A DNA stretch of 64,000 nucleotides from an uncultured Nitrososphaerales archaeon (GCA_963841565.1 CAWJCY010000008.1:1-64000), one strand, 5' to 3'. Shown: positions 22,384-34,161, counted from the first letter of the stretch. The notes: generated from the letters alone by a model not told the origin. Numbers and translations: made by a program.

Positions 22384-22641
22384 TTACCAATGCGGATTAT
22401 AGCGCTCAAGATATTTTTGGCCCTCTTTAGTTATGACAAGCTCATTCACGAAATTTCGTTCTACTAGCCGAATATCGCTCAGAACTGCTAACCATGTCTT
22501 AACAAGCTGTCCATCTCCGATGAATCTTTCTACTATCTGATCTTCATTTTTGCCCTCTGATATACACCTCAGTATGTACAACGCAGATTGAAGCTCAGAG
22601 AGTCTATTGACATATGAATTTCTTTTTATCGTATTCACCAC
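22384..22641 (-). CDS. Small winged-helix-like protein
   Basis: C-terminal IT.EG..YL wing motif. Confidence 0.6.
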   Translation of the reverse strand: MVNTIKRNSYVNRLSELQSALYILRCISEGKNEDQIVERFIGDGQLVKTWLAVLSDIRLVERNFVNELVITKEGQKYLERYNPHW

Positions 22642-23316
22642 TCTTATTTTTCTTAGCGATATAATACAGAAAGTTGATATTTATTACGCCTAGAGCTTAA
22701 TAGCGTTTGAGCAAGTTTTTACTGTAAATTTCCCATGGATTAATCTTCTAAAAGAAGGCATATTTTATTTGTAATAATGTAATATGCATCGTTATTAAAT
22801 CTCAAATCTAAATATGATCCTTTTGCCAACAATCCTCTAGATACTGTTGACCTTTAGTCAAAAAAATATAACATTGTGACTTAAATTACTATCGTCTGAG
22901 AATAAACACACGAAGACGAACACGAACCCGAGATCAATCGAGATACAAAAAGTTTTACAAAATGTCAAGAAATATTGTAAAATTAATGATGACAATAGCG
23001 ACGAACAGATCCTAGAGTACATTACTAAAAATACTCCAATTGGTACTCAGGAAACCGTCATTTATGGATCAAAACAGATCGAGATAGACGGAATCTGATA
23101 TTATTGATTGGTGAAAGACATGATAAGAAAATACTCTGTACTCTCTATTCTACTTAGAAGGTAAAGATTAGGTGAGTGAACACCAAGAAGATGCTATGAC
23201 GATTATCTAAACTGCTATGATGATAATATTTTTACTGGGCCGAATTTCTGTTTATAGATAGAGAAGTCGAGTTTACCAAGTTGGATTAACAGAATTATAC
23301 CCGAATGTATCTCTAG

Positions 23317-23610
23317 CTAGGAAACGGTCTTTATAGTTCCCTTAAATTCCTTTAACCCATCATGAATCATCTGTTGAACAATCTTGCTTCCTTCTTCCAA
23401 GGTCAATGGCTTTGACTGGGCTTTTGCATAGCCGTCATTGTCGCAGATGAATAGCAACATCTCGCTTCCTCTAGACATTGATCCTGCAAGCATTTCTTCA
23501 CCTACTGGTTCGAATCCTTTGTCGGTCTGTTTGATCGTATAAGTGAGCATGGCAAAGCCTGTATAGTTAAATAACTTCATCTGCGCTTCTCTTGATCTCT
23601 CAGATCCCAA
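23317..23610 (-). CDS. Conserved hypothetical protein
   Basis: KLFNYTGFAML...LFICD.DGYAKAQSKPL pattern; clean ORF. Confidence 0.65.
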   Translation of the reverse strand: MGSERSREAQMKLFNYTGFAMLTYTIKQTDKGFEPVGEEMLAGSMSRGSEMLLFICDNDGYAKAQSKPLTLEEGSKIVQQMIHDGLKEFKGTIKTVS

Positions 23611-23741
23611 AATGGCAGACTTTATGATATTGCATGTATTGATAACTTACCCCTCTGATATTCAAAAATGCCGATTTGTTGATGAGCAGCTATGGATTCT
23701 AAATGCATGATATTATAATTAGACATAAGATACAATCCAGA

Positions 23742-24254
23742 TTAATTGCTTTCCACTTTTTCGTCACGCGTAATTGAAGTAGCATTTGTATTTGTCATGT
23801 CGATTAAAGATTTTAATGATCTGTATCTATTATAGTCATTAAGTAGGATCTTTGCCAAATGCTTTGTAATATCTGTAACACTAAGCAAACCGCATATTCT
23901 ATTATCTTCCTCTAGAACGACTAGATGCTTAATCTGATTCCGTGTCATGATCCTGGAAGCAGTATCCACCGAATCGTAGGACATAATTGTGATCAAAGGC
24001 GATGACATTATTTCCTCTACAGTAAATCTACTTGCTGATATGTTTTTTAAACAAACACGTCTAACTAAATCTTTTTCAGTAACAATGCCAATCGGTGTTG
24101 TCTTCTTGTCTATCACTATCACAGAGCTTATCCTTTTCTTAACCATAATCTCGGCAACGTCTCTGGCGGTATTGCCAGATTCTGAAGTGATCGTGACAGT
24201 ATCCTCACTAGACATTATCTCGCTTACTGCGCTCACAGCCTTAAGATAGATCAT
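23742..24254 (-). CDS. CBS-pair protein
   Basis: Two CBS repeats (VSEIMS...IGIVTEKD; VEEIMSSPLIT...GLLSVTD). Confidence 0.9.
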   Translation of the reverse strand: MIYLKAVSAVSEIMSSEDTVTITSESGNTARDVAEIMVKKRISSVIVIDKKTTPIGIVTEKDLVRRVCLKNISASRFTVEEIMSSPLITIMSYDSVDTASRIMTRNQIKHLVVLEEDNRICGLLSVTDITKHLAKILLNDYNRYRSLKSLIDMTNTNATSITRDEKVESN

Positions 24255-24446
24255 ATGCCTCTTTTAAATTACTGGTTATTCCCACCCGCCTCACAATATG
24301 CAGAACGAATTATAATATACTACTCCAATTTGTTAGCCGTGGTGTTTATCTTATTCGCCAGGCCGCCTTATAGACGGTTTCATAGTATATTTCATGCTCT
24401 CTCGTTTGCTCTTAATTTCAAACGAGCAACATCTGATAGCTGCCCC

Positions 24447-24581
24447 TCAATAATAAACACGCGAGTAGTATTGCATTTCTTCTTCATTAATTAAAATTCT
24501 TAGATGACAATCCCTGCATAACATATACTTTGAAGATGCAGGTAGTTCCTTCCTGCATTTACTGCAGAATTTTCGTAGCAT
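24447..24581 (-). CDS. Zinc-finger microprotein
   Basis: MLRKFCSKC...LCRDC; ~44 aa. Confidence 0.45.
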   Translation of the reverse strand: MLRKFCSKCRKELPASSKYMLCRDCHLRILINEEEMQYYSRVYY

Positions 24582-24845
24582 CAAAATAATGTATTCACTA
24601 TTTGGATTTAACTCTATGTAGACACGATAGGATATTGTACAAATCATGGGCAACTGATGCCTAATCTATCAGATGGACACAGGCAGGCATTAGTTAAACA
24701 TTCTTATTGTTTGTAGCACAACATCATTTAGGAAAATAAATAGAGAGCCGATAAGTGATATTCCTCCTCGTTACGTGTACGAGAGCACCGGATAATGCAC
24801 AACAGATCGATTGTCAGTCTTCCTAATGACGAATTAAATAAACAC

Positions 24846-24867
24846 ATTGTAATTTTTTAATTACAAT
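24846..24867. promoter_or_regulatory. Palindromic operator upstream of TFB paralogue 1
   Basis: ATTGTAATT-N4-AATTACAAT perfect inverted repeat. Confidence 0.4.
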
Positions 24868-24909
24868 ATAAACCCCTGACTTTAATACAATTTCGATATT
24901 TAACCAGCT

Positions 24910-25920
24910 ATGGAACTTCCCAGAAGGAGAGTGAAATCATTGTCTTATCAATATCATCTCCAAGAGGATTATCAACAAAAAAATAAGCTAGCAGATAAAG
25001 GCATTAAAGAAAATTACTCGTCAAATGTACTTTCGCACTCATGTGACTCCATCTGGATGATCTTCGACGGATCGACTGGCGAAACTATTTGTACTAAATG
25101 TGGAGCTGTTATAACTGAAAGGCCGACGACTTTGGAGACTGGTCCAAGTTCTACCGAGTCATTTAGCAATTCTGTATCGCTTGCCTTTCCTGATAAAGGA
25201 CTTTCAACAGTTATCACGAGTGCAAATATCGACGCTTCCGGTTCAACATTAAATCACGACCAGATTCAAAATGTAAACAAGATTAGATATTTAGATAAGG
25301 TTTCAAATAATAATAGAACTCAAATTAGAAACCTTAAGAATGCCTTTGTTACTATGGCCGCTATCAGAGATAAATTGACACTCACAGATCCTGTCATGGA
25401 AAGAGCTGCTTATTATTATCGCAAAACACTCCACAATAAACTCATAAAAGGGAGATCTATTCGGGAAATGGTGGTTGCTTCCATTTACGCTTCCTGTAAG
25501 GAGATGGAAGTACCTAGAACTTTGTGCGAAATATGCGACGCAGCTAATGCAGATCCTATATTTGCAGGTAAATGTTACAGAACCATGGCAAGAGAGCTAA
25601 GAATAAGTCCATTAATTGTTGATTCTGCGAGATACATCTCAAAAGTTGCCGACAGCGCCTGTGTTAGCCAGAAAACATACAGAAGGGCCGTAGAAATGCT
25701 AGATATTGTAAAGAAGCATTCAATATCTTACGGAAAGGATCCAAAGGCGCTTGCAACTGCAGTTCTTTATGCCGCATGCATAAAAGAAAATGAACTCAAA
25801 GTTAGTCAAGCAAAGATAGCAGCCGCAGGGAGCATCAGTGTGGTTACATTGAGGAAAAGGTTTTCAGATATCTTAAGAATAATACCAAGGGATAATGATA
25901 ATAATACTAATTATGCATAA
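24910..25920 (+). CDS. tfb: Transcription initiation factor IIB paralogue
   Basis: Zn ribbon (HSC...GETICTKCG), DKGLST, two cyclin repeats (KGRS..., GKDP..., VTLRKR). Confidence 0.92.
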   Translation: MELPRRRVKSLSYQYHLQEDYQQKNKLADKGIKENYSSNVLSHSCDSIWMIFDGSTGETICTKCGAVITERPTTLETGPSSTESFSNSVSLAFPDKGLSTVITSANIDASGSTLNHDQIQNVNKIRYLDKVSNNNRTQIRNLKNAFVTMAAIRDKLTLTDPVMERAAYYYRKTLHNKLIKGRSIREMVVASIYASCKEMEVPRTLCEICDAANADPIFAGKCYRTMARELRISPLIVDSARYISKVADSACVSQKTYRRAVEMLDIVKKHSISYGKDPKALATAVLYAACIKENELKVSQAKIAAAGSISVVTLRKRFSDILRIIPRDNDNNTNYA

Positions 25921-26301
25921 ATGTGACAGCTAAAGTCGACACGATCAGGACGTGATCAAAACCTTACCAGCGTCAGACATGTCAGAAAGAAAGAATGCAA
26001 ACTTTTAATTGCCCCGTTCGATCTGAGTTTATAACCTTTCATGGGTCTATGATTGTCCCCACCTGCTGTAGAATGGGCTGCCTGTTGGTGATCCGAAATT
26101 ATCGCGTATTACTTGTTCTCTTAGGCGGTTGCTATTGTTAATGGCAAACATTTTGTTTCATCTCCGAGTCCGAGGCAGAAGAAGAAATGTATTGCCAAAA
26201 ATGTCACCCAGTAATTCTATTTCTTTCTGACTCATTACAACCATTCAAGTGACGATGTGTCACAACACTATTAACTACCTCAAGATCCAAAATCAGAAGA
26301 T

Positions 26302-27096
26302 ATGCCGCATTTTGGTTTGCTTACAAATCCCTCCAATGAATTGCTAGGTGAAATTAGAAATATTCATTTACTGGGTTTCGAATATGCAGAGGTTGCCATT
26401 GAAGGGCCAGAGGGGAGTCCTCAGGTATTAATCGATAAACGGAGCGGGATTACAAGACTACTTCAAAAATTTAAATTAAAACCAATTGGTCACACTGTAC
26501 CATGGGTAGATTTAGGATCAGATTATGAGTACATTAGACAAGCATGGATTCTTGAGGCAATGAGAAACATTAAAGCATCTAAGCAAGTTGGAATAAGCCT
26601 TGTTAACTTTCATAGTAATCTTAACGGTGGAATGTTTAAAGGTGAAAAAAGACGGAGGCTTTTGGAAAATTGGATCAAAAGCCTTCGCGAAATTGTCAGA
26701 TACGCAGATTCTCATGGCGTGCAGATAATGTTAGAAAATGTTCCCCTTTCTAAAGGAGTACATAAGCTTGAAGAATTTAAATACATAGTCGACAACGTCG
26801 ACGGATTGCTTGTTCATTTGGACGTTCCTCATGCTTTCACATCCGCAGGCATGCAGGGAATAATAGAATATATTCATTCATTTAGTGACAGAATTGCCCA
26901 CATTCACTGGCATGACAATAATGGAATAAGGGATGAACACCTCCCCATAGGACGTGGACTTATAGATCACGAGTTAATAGTAAGAGAATTGAGATCGATA
27001 AACTACGATAGAACTATTACTTTGGAAGTCTTCACGAATAATGCTGATGCGAAGGCATCCGCAGAAGTGCTAGGAAAGCTGTGGGCAGAAAATTGA
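26302..27096 (+). CDS. Sugar-phosphate isomerase/epimerase (xylose-isomerase-like TIM barrel)
   Basis: MLEN, HLDVPH, HIHWHDN, DEHLPIG.G.ID and TLEV motifs. Confidence 0.88.
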   Translation: MPHFGLLTNPSNELLGEIRNIHLLGFEYAEVAIEGPEGSPQVLIDKRSGITRLLQKFKLKPIGHTVPWVDLGSDYEYIRQAWILEAMRNIKASKQVGISLVNFHSNLNGGMFKGEKRRRLLENWIKSLREIVRYADSHGVQIMLENVPLSKGVHKLEEFKYIVDNVDGLLVHLDVPHAFTSAGMQGIIEYIHSFSDRIAHIHWHDNNGIRDEHLPIGRGLIDHELIVRELRSINYDRTITLEVFTNNADAKASAEVLGKLWAEN

Positions 27097-27410
27097 TTAT
27101 GGTGCAATCCCAGTGATGCTCATCAGTTACTATAAAGTTACTATAAACGTGAATAGGTGAGAAAAGTTGTATAGAAATTTCTTGCGCTCTTTGTACATAA
27201 TGGGAATTTTCAAAAACATTATCTGACAATAGGCCCAGTAAGCGGGTTCGCTGAGCACGAATTTTACCAATTCTCGTTTGGCGAATTATAGATTCTTCTA
27301 TAGATTATCTATCCTCAATAAGTATACCATTAAAAGCAGATTTATTTCCAAGTAGTTACTTAAAATTTACCTAAATACTTGTATTCGTTTCTAATACTGG
27401 ACATAGAAAA

Positions 27411-27677
27411 ATGAAAAACAGGGATAGAGGGGAAATAAATGCGATGATCCTTGACATTGCAAGCCACGGTAGAGTTACCAAGACAAAGATTATGTACAGA
27501 GCATATCTATCGTATAACAAACTTGAAGAATACTTAACCGATCTGGGGGAAAGTGAGCTATTGGAATATGAAGTTAAAGCTCAGACCTATCGTACTACGG
27601 AAAAAGGAAAATGCTACCTAGAGATACATAGTAGAATGAATGAACTGATCACTATCAATAGAGAAGTAGCATTCTAA
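27411..27677 (+). CDS. ArnR1-like winged-helix transcription regulator
   Basis: R.R.EI...IL...TKTKIMYRAYLSY..L..YL...YRTTEKG. Confidence 0.88.
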   Translation: MKNRDRGEINAMILDIASHGRVTKTKIMYRAYLSYNKLEEYLTDLGESELLEYEVKAQTYRTTEKGKCYLEIHSRMNELITINREVAF

Positions 27678-27950
27678 CTAGGAATTCTAATTACCATAGT
27701 AGAGGGCTAAAGCTAAACCATATCATTGCCAAACCTCAAATGTCACAAAGTGATGATGGTACAGTATGAAGAAAGTTCTTGTTATTGACTCTATCTGAAC
27801 TGAAGACAATGTTTTTGCCCGAGTGTATATACTACATAAAATAATTAATAGACAATACTAGTATTCAGTAAGTGTACTACACAGTAAAAGATCACCTTGA
27901 TAGGAACACAGGATATTATGTAGGTGATCTGGTTATCTCCGATGTACTTT

Positions 27951-29753
27951 CTAATCATGATGGTGAAAGTCTCGTAATTTCTCATGAATCTGATTTCTAT
28001 ATAATGTTAAGCCAATTCGCTTTGCGTACGGCTGTCCCTTTGCAAACGATTCAGCCATTTTTTTGACAAACTCTAATTCGACTTGTGGTGGCATTGGTGG
28101 ATCGAACGGATCTACATATACCTCGACTAATGTTGGTTTCCTCTCGTTCATTGCTTCATTTAGGATTGGTTTGACTTCATTGGGCTCTTTTATAGCATAG
28201 CCCTTTCCACCACAAGCCTCAGCGAATTTTGCGTAATCTATAGGCGTGAATTCTACGCCAAATTCAGGGTTTCCTAGAAAGGCCATTTGCTCCCAGCGGA
28301 TCATTCCCAACACGTTATTCTTGATTACTATCACTTTGATCGGAAGATTGTATTGAACTGCTGTGGCAAATTCTCCCATTAACATCGTGAAACCACCATC
28401 TCCTACAAAAGCAACAGACTGTCTATTCGGAAAAGCGATCTGGGCTGCGATGGCGTATGGTAGGCCACATCCCATACTCGCCAAAGTACCAGACAGCGAA
28501 AAAAGCATTCCTCTCTTAATATTGATATAGCGAGCAGCCCAACTAGTGATAGTTCCACTATCTACCGAAATTATTGCATCATCATCTAATTCATCAGATA
28601 AGGATGTAGCGACAAACTGTGGCTTAATTGGCCTATCTTTTCGAGAACCCTGTTCTTCAAGCAGGCTTCTCCATTTTCGCATAGCTCGCTGTTTTGAATC
28701 AAGAAAATCCGAAGCATTCTTTCTATGCAATAGCGGGAGAAGAGCAGTCAACGTGAGTCTAGAATCTCCCACTAATCCTACCTCCACTGGATATCTAGCT
28801 CCAATTTTTTCAGGTAAGATATCAATTTGAATGCCTCTTGCTTGTCCTGGTTTGGGGAGATAGTCAATGTAAGGAAAAGATGTTCCAATCATTAGTAAAG
28901 TGTCTGCTTCATTCATTGCTTCACTGGCAGGCCCGGTTCCCAGGAGGCCAAGCCCTCCTAGACTGTATGGATGATCGTCAGGAACCACTGCTTTGCCTAA
29001 GAGTGCCTTGACAACGGGCGCGGCTAAGCGTTCACAAACAGAAGTCACTTGATCTGTAGCCCCAAGGGCCCCCTGCCCAACCATAACTACAACCTTATTC
29101 CCTGCATTTAGTATATCTGCGGCCTTGTTCATTAAGGCTTGATTAGGAATACTAGCAGATGCAATGACATCGGATGTATGGCCGGGGACTTTATGTCTTG
29201 AGTACCGGTTTTTCAGCTTTTGCTCTTGAACATCGATCGGAATTGTCAAATGGCTAACTCCTCTACGCCCAAGTGCAGTTCTACATGCTATGTCTACCGT
29301 CATTTCTGCATGCTCTGGAGAATTTATCAGGTTATTGTAAACAGCTACGTCAGAAAAAAGCTGTAATAAGTTTACATCTTGCTGGTATCCTGATCCCATC
29401 AGATCAGAGTAAGTACTTCCAGTGATAGCTAATACTGGTGTGTTATCGGCTTTGGCGTCGTACAACCCATTCAAAAGGTGTATAGCACCCGGACCTGACG
29501 TAGCAACGCACACACCAAGTCTTCTCGTGTACTTCGCGTATGCGCAAGCCATGAAAGCTGCTGATTCTTCATGCCGTACCAAAATGAACCTGATCTTGCT
29601 TTGTCGCTGTCTTAGGGACTCCATAAAGCCATTGATCCCATCACCTGGTAAACCAAAGATAGTGTCGACATCCCAATCAATCAATGCCTCAGCAACGATA
29701 TCGGCAGTCCTTAAATTTTCGTATTCACTCATATCAGTCAGCCCCTCCTGCAA
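27951..29753 (-). CDS. ThDP-dependent pyruvate oxidase/PoxB-like enzyme
   Basis: FGLPGDG, VRHEESAA, TSGPGAIHLLNGLYDA and GDGGF...NN motifs; LGMIRWEQ. Confidence 0.9.
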   Translation of the reverse strand: MQEGLTDMSEYENLRTADIVAEALIDWDVDTIFGLPGDGINGFMESLRQRQSKIRFILVRHEESAAFMACAYAKYTRRLGVCVATSGPGAIHLLNGLYDAKADNTPVLAITGSTYSDLMGSGYQQDVNLLQLFSDVAVYNNLINSPEHAEMTVDIACRTALGRRGVSHLTIPIDVQEQKLKNRYSRHKVPGHTSDVIASASIPNQALMNKAADILNAGNKVVVMVGQGALGATDQVTSVCERLAAPVVKALLGKAVVPDDHPYSLGGLGLLGTGPASEAMNEADTLLMIGTSFPYIDYLPKPGQARGIQIDILPEKIGARYPVEVGLVGDSRLTLTALLPLLHRKNASDFLDSKQRAMRKWRSLLEEQGSRKDRPIKPQFVATSLSDELDDDAIISVDSGTITSWAARYINIKRGMLFSLSGTLASMGCGLPYAIAAQIAFPNRQSVAFVGDGGFTMLMGEFATAVQYNLPIKVIVIKNNVLGMIRWEQMAFLGNPEFGVEFTPIDYAKFAEACGGKGYAIKEPNEVKPILNEAMNERKPTLVEVYVDPFDPPMPPQVELEFVKKMAESFAKGQPYAKRIGLTLYRNQIHEKLRDFHHHD

Positions 29754-30011
29754 TGAAATTTCTGCAATTTTCTTGAATTTGCTGAAGTAATCGTAAATGC
29801 CAATTGAGTGTCTTTATTGCTGAGGAGTTCGTCCAGGTCAAATGTTTGCGTCCCTACCACCATCTACTCTCTAGTTCTTGATGAGCAAAATATTATTTAG
29901 ATATTATGTATTGTGATGCGATATTTTATTAATATGATATGGTTAATTATCCAGCGTGCAAGTCGTAAAGTCCAAATACGAATCAAGGCTGCAGCTTTTG
30001 GAAACTGATAG

Positions 30012-30176
30012 TCAATCCCATCTTTTCTTTCTAGACTTTTTGAAGGCTTCAGGAGCCACAACAGTAAAAGCACCAGCCATTAATTCTAATGGGACGGAGA
30101 GAAATAATGAATAATTATAAAATACTAAATCCACAGTTTCAGCCGTTATTATACATACACTTTCTGCTGTAATCAA
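30012..30176 (-). pseudogene. C-terminal remnant of a membrane protein
   Basis: Frame reads LITAESVCIITAETVDLVFYNYSLFLSVPLELMAGAFTVVAPEAFKK. Confidence 0.35.
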
Positions 30177-31041
30177 ATAAAGACGCTTGTTTTCAGTATA
30201 TATTTGATGTTATGCTGCTTACCGATCTTCAAAATCTTTATTATCCCGGTACTAAAATTAAGGAACGTTATGCAAAGATTAGCTATAACTGTAATGCGGA
30301 TTGGACTTATCATCTAAATATAGTTCCCTCAAACTCTACTCTGGCACAGACTTAAAAGTGGACGATATTTCTAGTCAAAGAATAACATAAGAGAATATTA
30401 TTTCGTAAAACTGGGTCCCAAAGTGGGTAACCTAGATAATATTCTCCATCATTGGATAATTCAATTAGTAACAAAATAAATACAATGTCTCCACTAAATA
30501 ATTGTCAACAAACGGGGCTTCACTAATCCTGTTCTAGACTTGATTTGGTGGTTAAACCGATAGCCCCCAAGTCATTTATCCATTATCTTTTTGAATTGCT
30601 GTTTATTTCATACACGTTTATTTGAGTCTGTGATCTTACTTCATAATTCTTCCTCTACTATTAAATTCAAGGGGTGACTCATAGTCCATTCTTTTTTATT
30701 TGTTAGAGTAAGCTTTTCCATATCCGCTAAGTTCGTTCATCTTCAGATAACGTTCGTAAAGAACAATCCTCTTTTCGCATAACTTATTTTTACATAATAT
30801 CATGATACCATGATAAGGAAAAATAGAGCGACCCAGTCAGTTACCCACCTGGATCACCCTACAATGTCAATAAGGAGTGTAGAAATCGCTGGGATTTCAA
30901 TCTATTATAGATACTTTCTACCTAATAACGTGTTCTTAATGTAGCATCTGTTTATTATGTATTAATAATAATAAATCACACTAGGTTATTAGTTACTTGA
31001 AGCACATTAATTGTACCAGTGCCGTTTTACAAGAATAGAGA

Positions 31042-31074
31042 GGCCCCTGGAAGAAATTCCAAAGACCAGGGGCC
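31042..31074. other. GC-rich hairpin in long intergenic region
   Basis: GGCCCCTGG-N15-CCAGGGGCC perfect 9-bp stem. Confidence 0.6.
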
Positions 31075-31366
31075 CAGGTTGTCAATGCTGAGGGATCTTC
31101 TAGTTGTGCTTCATTTTGCCATTTGCTGCCTTTGTTAGGGATTGGACGCTTGAAAGCAGCATTACTATTTTGGAATATGATTTAATTAAATAAGATGAAA
31201 ATAGCTTAGGGATTATGAAATGGGATCTAAATCATGAAAGTAAGTTACTGTTTATAGAGCTGCAATACCCATATAGTCATCTGAAATTAATCGAAGTAGC
31301 AAGTTTCTATGGTGCTTATACCTTATTAGGTAAATCATGTAATTGGGGTTATGAAAAAAGACTATT

Positions 31367-31582
31367 GTGAACATCCAAACCATGAAAACTCTGAATGCCT
31401 TTCTAAAGAAGTACCCGACTGCAAACAAGGATGCAGGTATTTCAATTAATTTAGTAAACCTTGAAGAATGGTGGATTTCTGATAATCTGACAGAGAATAC
31501 TGTAAAATGCTGTAAAATGTGTTCTATTTCAGAAGACATTGCCAGAGCAAGTTTTAGAAATATATTCACTGCTACTAATTAG
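31367..31582 (+). CDS. Hypothetical protein
   Basis: 71-aa ORF with CCKMC; weak support. Confidence 0.35.
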   Translation: MNIQTMKTLNAFLKKYPTANKDAGISINLVNLEEWWISDNLTENTVKCCKMCSISEDIARASFRNIFTATN

Positions 31583-31700
31583 ATTCTATTAGTATTTTCT
31601 AACTCTAATGGATTCTTTCACGTTTATTCCTACTCAGGAATAGGCTACAAATTTCTAGCACTCAACTTTAAATATATATCATGAATTAGACATTTTGAAA

Positions 31701-31838
31701 ATGGCTAATTGTGATAGTTGTGGAACTTCTATTGAAACAGCACCTTCTGGGGTACTTGTACATGTTGACAGATATAATAGAGAAAAGAATGAGGTACAGA
31801 CTCAAAAATTATGTAGGAGTTGTCTTCATAAACCCTAA
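31701..31838 (+). CDS. Zinc-finger microprotein (45 aa; not in ORF track)
   Basis: MANCDSCGTSIE...QKLCRSCLHKP*; TTTAAATA box ~30 bp upstream. Confidence 0.6.
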   Translation: MANCDSCGTSIETAPSGVLVHVDRYNREKNEVQTQKLCRSCLHKP

Positions 31839-32178
31839 GCAACTGCATGGTTGCTGCTGTACCAACTCTACCCTATTAAACCCGGCTTGTAATCATCCCT
31901 TTTCTTAAAACACTGAACCCAATAATAGTTTAATAAATTCTGGAAGATATACAACCACAGGCCACCCACATAATAAAAAAGAGATTGAACGAATGTTGCC
32001 AATGCAGCGCCAACATTAACTGAACTTCCTAAATTAGTCTAGCGTGTTTCTTCTTGTACTCTGCTAATTAACTGAACCGCCTTTTCTAACCTGTAAATAG
32101 GCTTTTGTCGGTCTGTAGATCAATCCGCAATAGCATTATACTTTATAAACACACAATTGGTCTGAATTAGCTTTGCTC

Positions 32179-32496
32179 ATGCTATCGCAACCGCGTTGGA
32201 AACACCCGGATGCTATTGGGTTCTTTTTTGGGGCTGGTGCTTCTATTGAATTTGGCATCCCTTCCATGAAACAATTGACCGATTCCTTTTCTGAAAAAAT
32301 TTAGCAGAACAAATCCCTTCTCAAGAAGAGGGAGATGTTTGCTGACATCTACAATTCGTTAGCTGACGTATACGGAAAAGATAAAGTAGATTTGGAAGCT
32401 ATCATGTCTTTTATTGTTGGGTTAAAAGAAGAGAACCGTGTTAGAGACGATATTGGGGAAGAAACCTGTGATCTGCATAATACCGCTGTTAAATAA
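32179..32496 (+). pseudogene. SIR2-like domain N-terminal remnant with in-frame TAG at 32302
   Basis: IGFFFGAGASIEFGIPSMKQLT...VDLEAIM; typical GAGAS...GIP start of SIR2-type NADases. Confidence 0.7.
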
Positions 32497-32731
32497 CTAC
32501 TCCTTTATTTTGGGTCTAATGAACGACGAAGGATCATGCCGTACTAAGGAAGCCAATCAACTGCTTTGCAACGGCATCTGAAAATAGGCTTCCTCTCTAT
32601 TTCCTCACCTGTTGCATTTGGCTCAGGCATATTTCATTATTCCTGTCTGAAACAAATGGGAGCTGATAAAGGTAAAAGTGAAATGGAGCAAATCACGAAA
32701 AAGGGAGGACGATTTATGTGCTCGGCCATTA

Positions 32732-32920
32732 TCAAGTGCAATTTGGGCATTTTCCCTTATCCGATCTAATGGAACAAAGCTTCCCATTTGAGTTGAAATG
32801 AGAATGAGAATAGATGAACCCGCAATTCTCACATTTGTGAAGGTGAGTGCTTTCATGAAAGAATTCGGAATTTTTTAGCTTTTTGTCTATAACTATCCAT
32901 AGATCGTCGCTGTCACTCAT
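32732..32920 (-). CDS. Cys/His-rich metal-binding microprotein
   Basis: H.H.CENCG...H.H...C...CPNC; TTTTTATAT box upstream. Confidence 0.55.
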   Translation of the reverse strand: MSDSDDLWIVIDKKLKNSEFFHESTHLHKCENCGFIYSHSHFNSNGKLCSIRSDKGKCPNCT

Positions 32921-33153
32921 TCAACATCATTCCACAATTATCGGTTTCAATGCACCGTTCCATATAAAAAGTCACTGGATTGAACTGGAGATTTCCTAGA
33001 CTTATTTTTGAGAGGGAATAAGAAAATCGAAAAACCGATTTACAACATAGTTGAATCGAAACGTACAATTTCAAATTGGTTTATTGCCTATGTTACAGTG
33101 AAGTACTGAACAAAAAAGTGGAAAGTTCACATGAGCTTTTAGAAAGAGACCTT

Positions 33154-34161
33154 CTATTTTGTTCTGCTTCGAGTTTTCGTATAATTTACCTCTGGGCAAA
33201 TTTTTAGAATGTCAGCAAGTCTCTTTCTTAGTGTCACAATACTTATGTTTCCAGCTGCCGCTATTTTTGATTGGCTAATGCCTTCCTCTTTCTTTTTTAA
33301 ACAAGAAGCGTACAACACGGCTGCAGCCACTGCCTTAGGATCTTTGCCATGGCAAATAGGATTCTTCTTTGCTACGCTCAACATGTTTACTGCTTCCCTA
33401 TAAGTCTGTTGACTAATCTGTGCATTGGTTGCTATTTTGGATATGTACGATGTAGCATCGACTATGGGAGGGATAATCCTCAATTTCCTGGACATTATTC
33501 TGTAGCATCTACCAGAGAAAATGGGTTCCGCATTTGCCGCATAAGATATCTCTTGCAACCTTCTTGGAACACTCATTTCTTTACATGCGGCATAGATACT
33601 TGCTACAACCATTTCCTTTATTGCCCTTCCCTTGATCAAATTGCTATCAAATGCTTTTCGGTAATAATATGCAGCTCTTTCTATTATGGGATTGGTCAGC
33701 CCCAACTTGTCGCTAACTGCCGCCATTATTGCAAATGCGTTCTTAAAATTTCTCAGATGATTCTTGTTATTACCCCAGATTTTGTCCAAGTATCTAATTT
33801 TGTTACTTGTTGTAATCTGTTCTTGATTTAGGACGGTACCATTAGCATCGGTATTTGAGTACGTTATAATTGTTGACAGACCCTTGTCAGGGAATACAAG
33901 TGATGATGGCATGCCCGATCTATTTTTTGCATTTATATCACTTACTGGCATTTCCTGCTTGTCCAAAACAACCGTACCACAGGTTGTGCAGATTATTTCA
34001 CCGGTTAATCCGTCGAAAATTGTAGCGTCACTCTTGCATGACGGGCATCTGCGAGAACTACGAATAACCTCAAGAGCATTTTGTTGTTCTCTAGCCTGAA
34101 CAGTGTTAGCAGGAGATTCATATAGAATATATTTCCCCTGTTGTATAGATTGCTTATTCAT
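33154..34161 (-). CDS. tfb: Transcription initiation factor IIB paralogue
   Basis: CPSC...GEIICTTCG, FPDKGLST and cyclin repeats; closely similar to 24910-25920. Confidence 0.93.
   Translation of the reverse strand: MNKQSIQQGKYILYESPANTVQAREQQNALEVIRSSRRCPSCKSDATIFDGLTGEIICTTCGTVVLDKQEMPVSDINAKNRSGMPSSLVFPDKGLSTIITYSNTDANGTVLNQEQITTSNKIRYLDKIWGNNKNHLRNFKNAFAIMAAVSDKLGLTNPIIERAAYYYRKAFDSNLIKGRAIKEMVVASIYAACKEMSVPRRLQEISYAANAEPIFSGRCYRIMSRKLRIIPPIVDATSYISKIATNAQISQQTYREAVNMLSVAKKNPICHGKDPKAVAAAVLYASCLKKKEEGISQSKIAAAGNISIVTLRKRLADILKICPEVNYTKTRSRTK

Noticed and set aside
22880-23098. Open frame of ~72 codons
   Set aside because: No standard start codon and no recognisable motif
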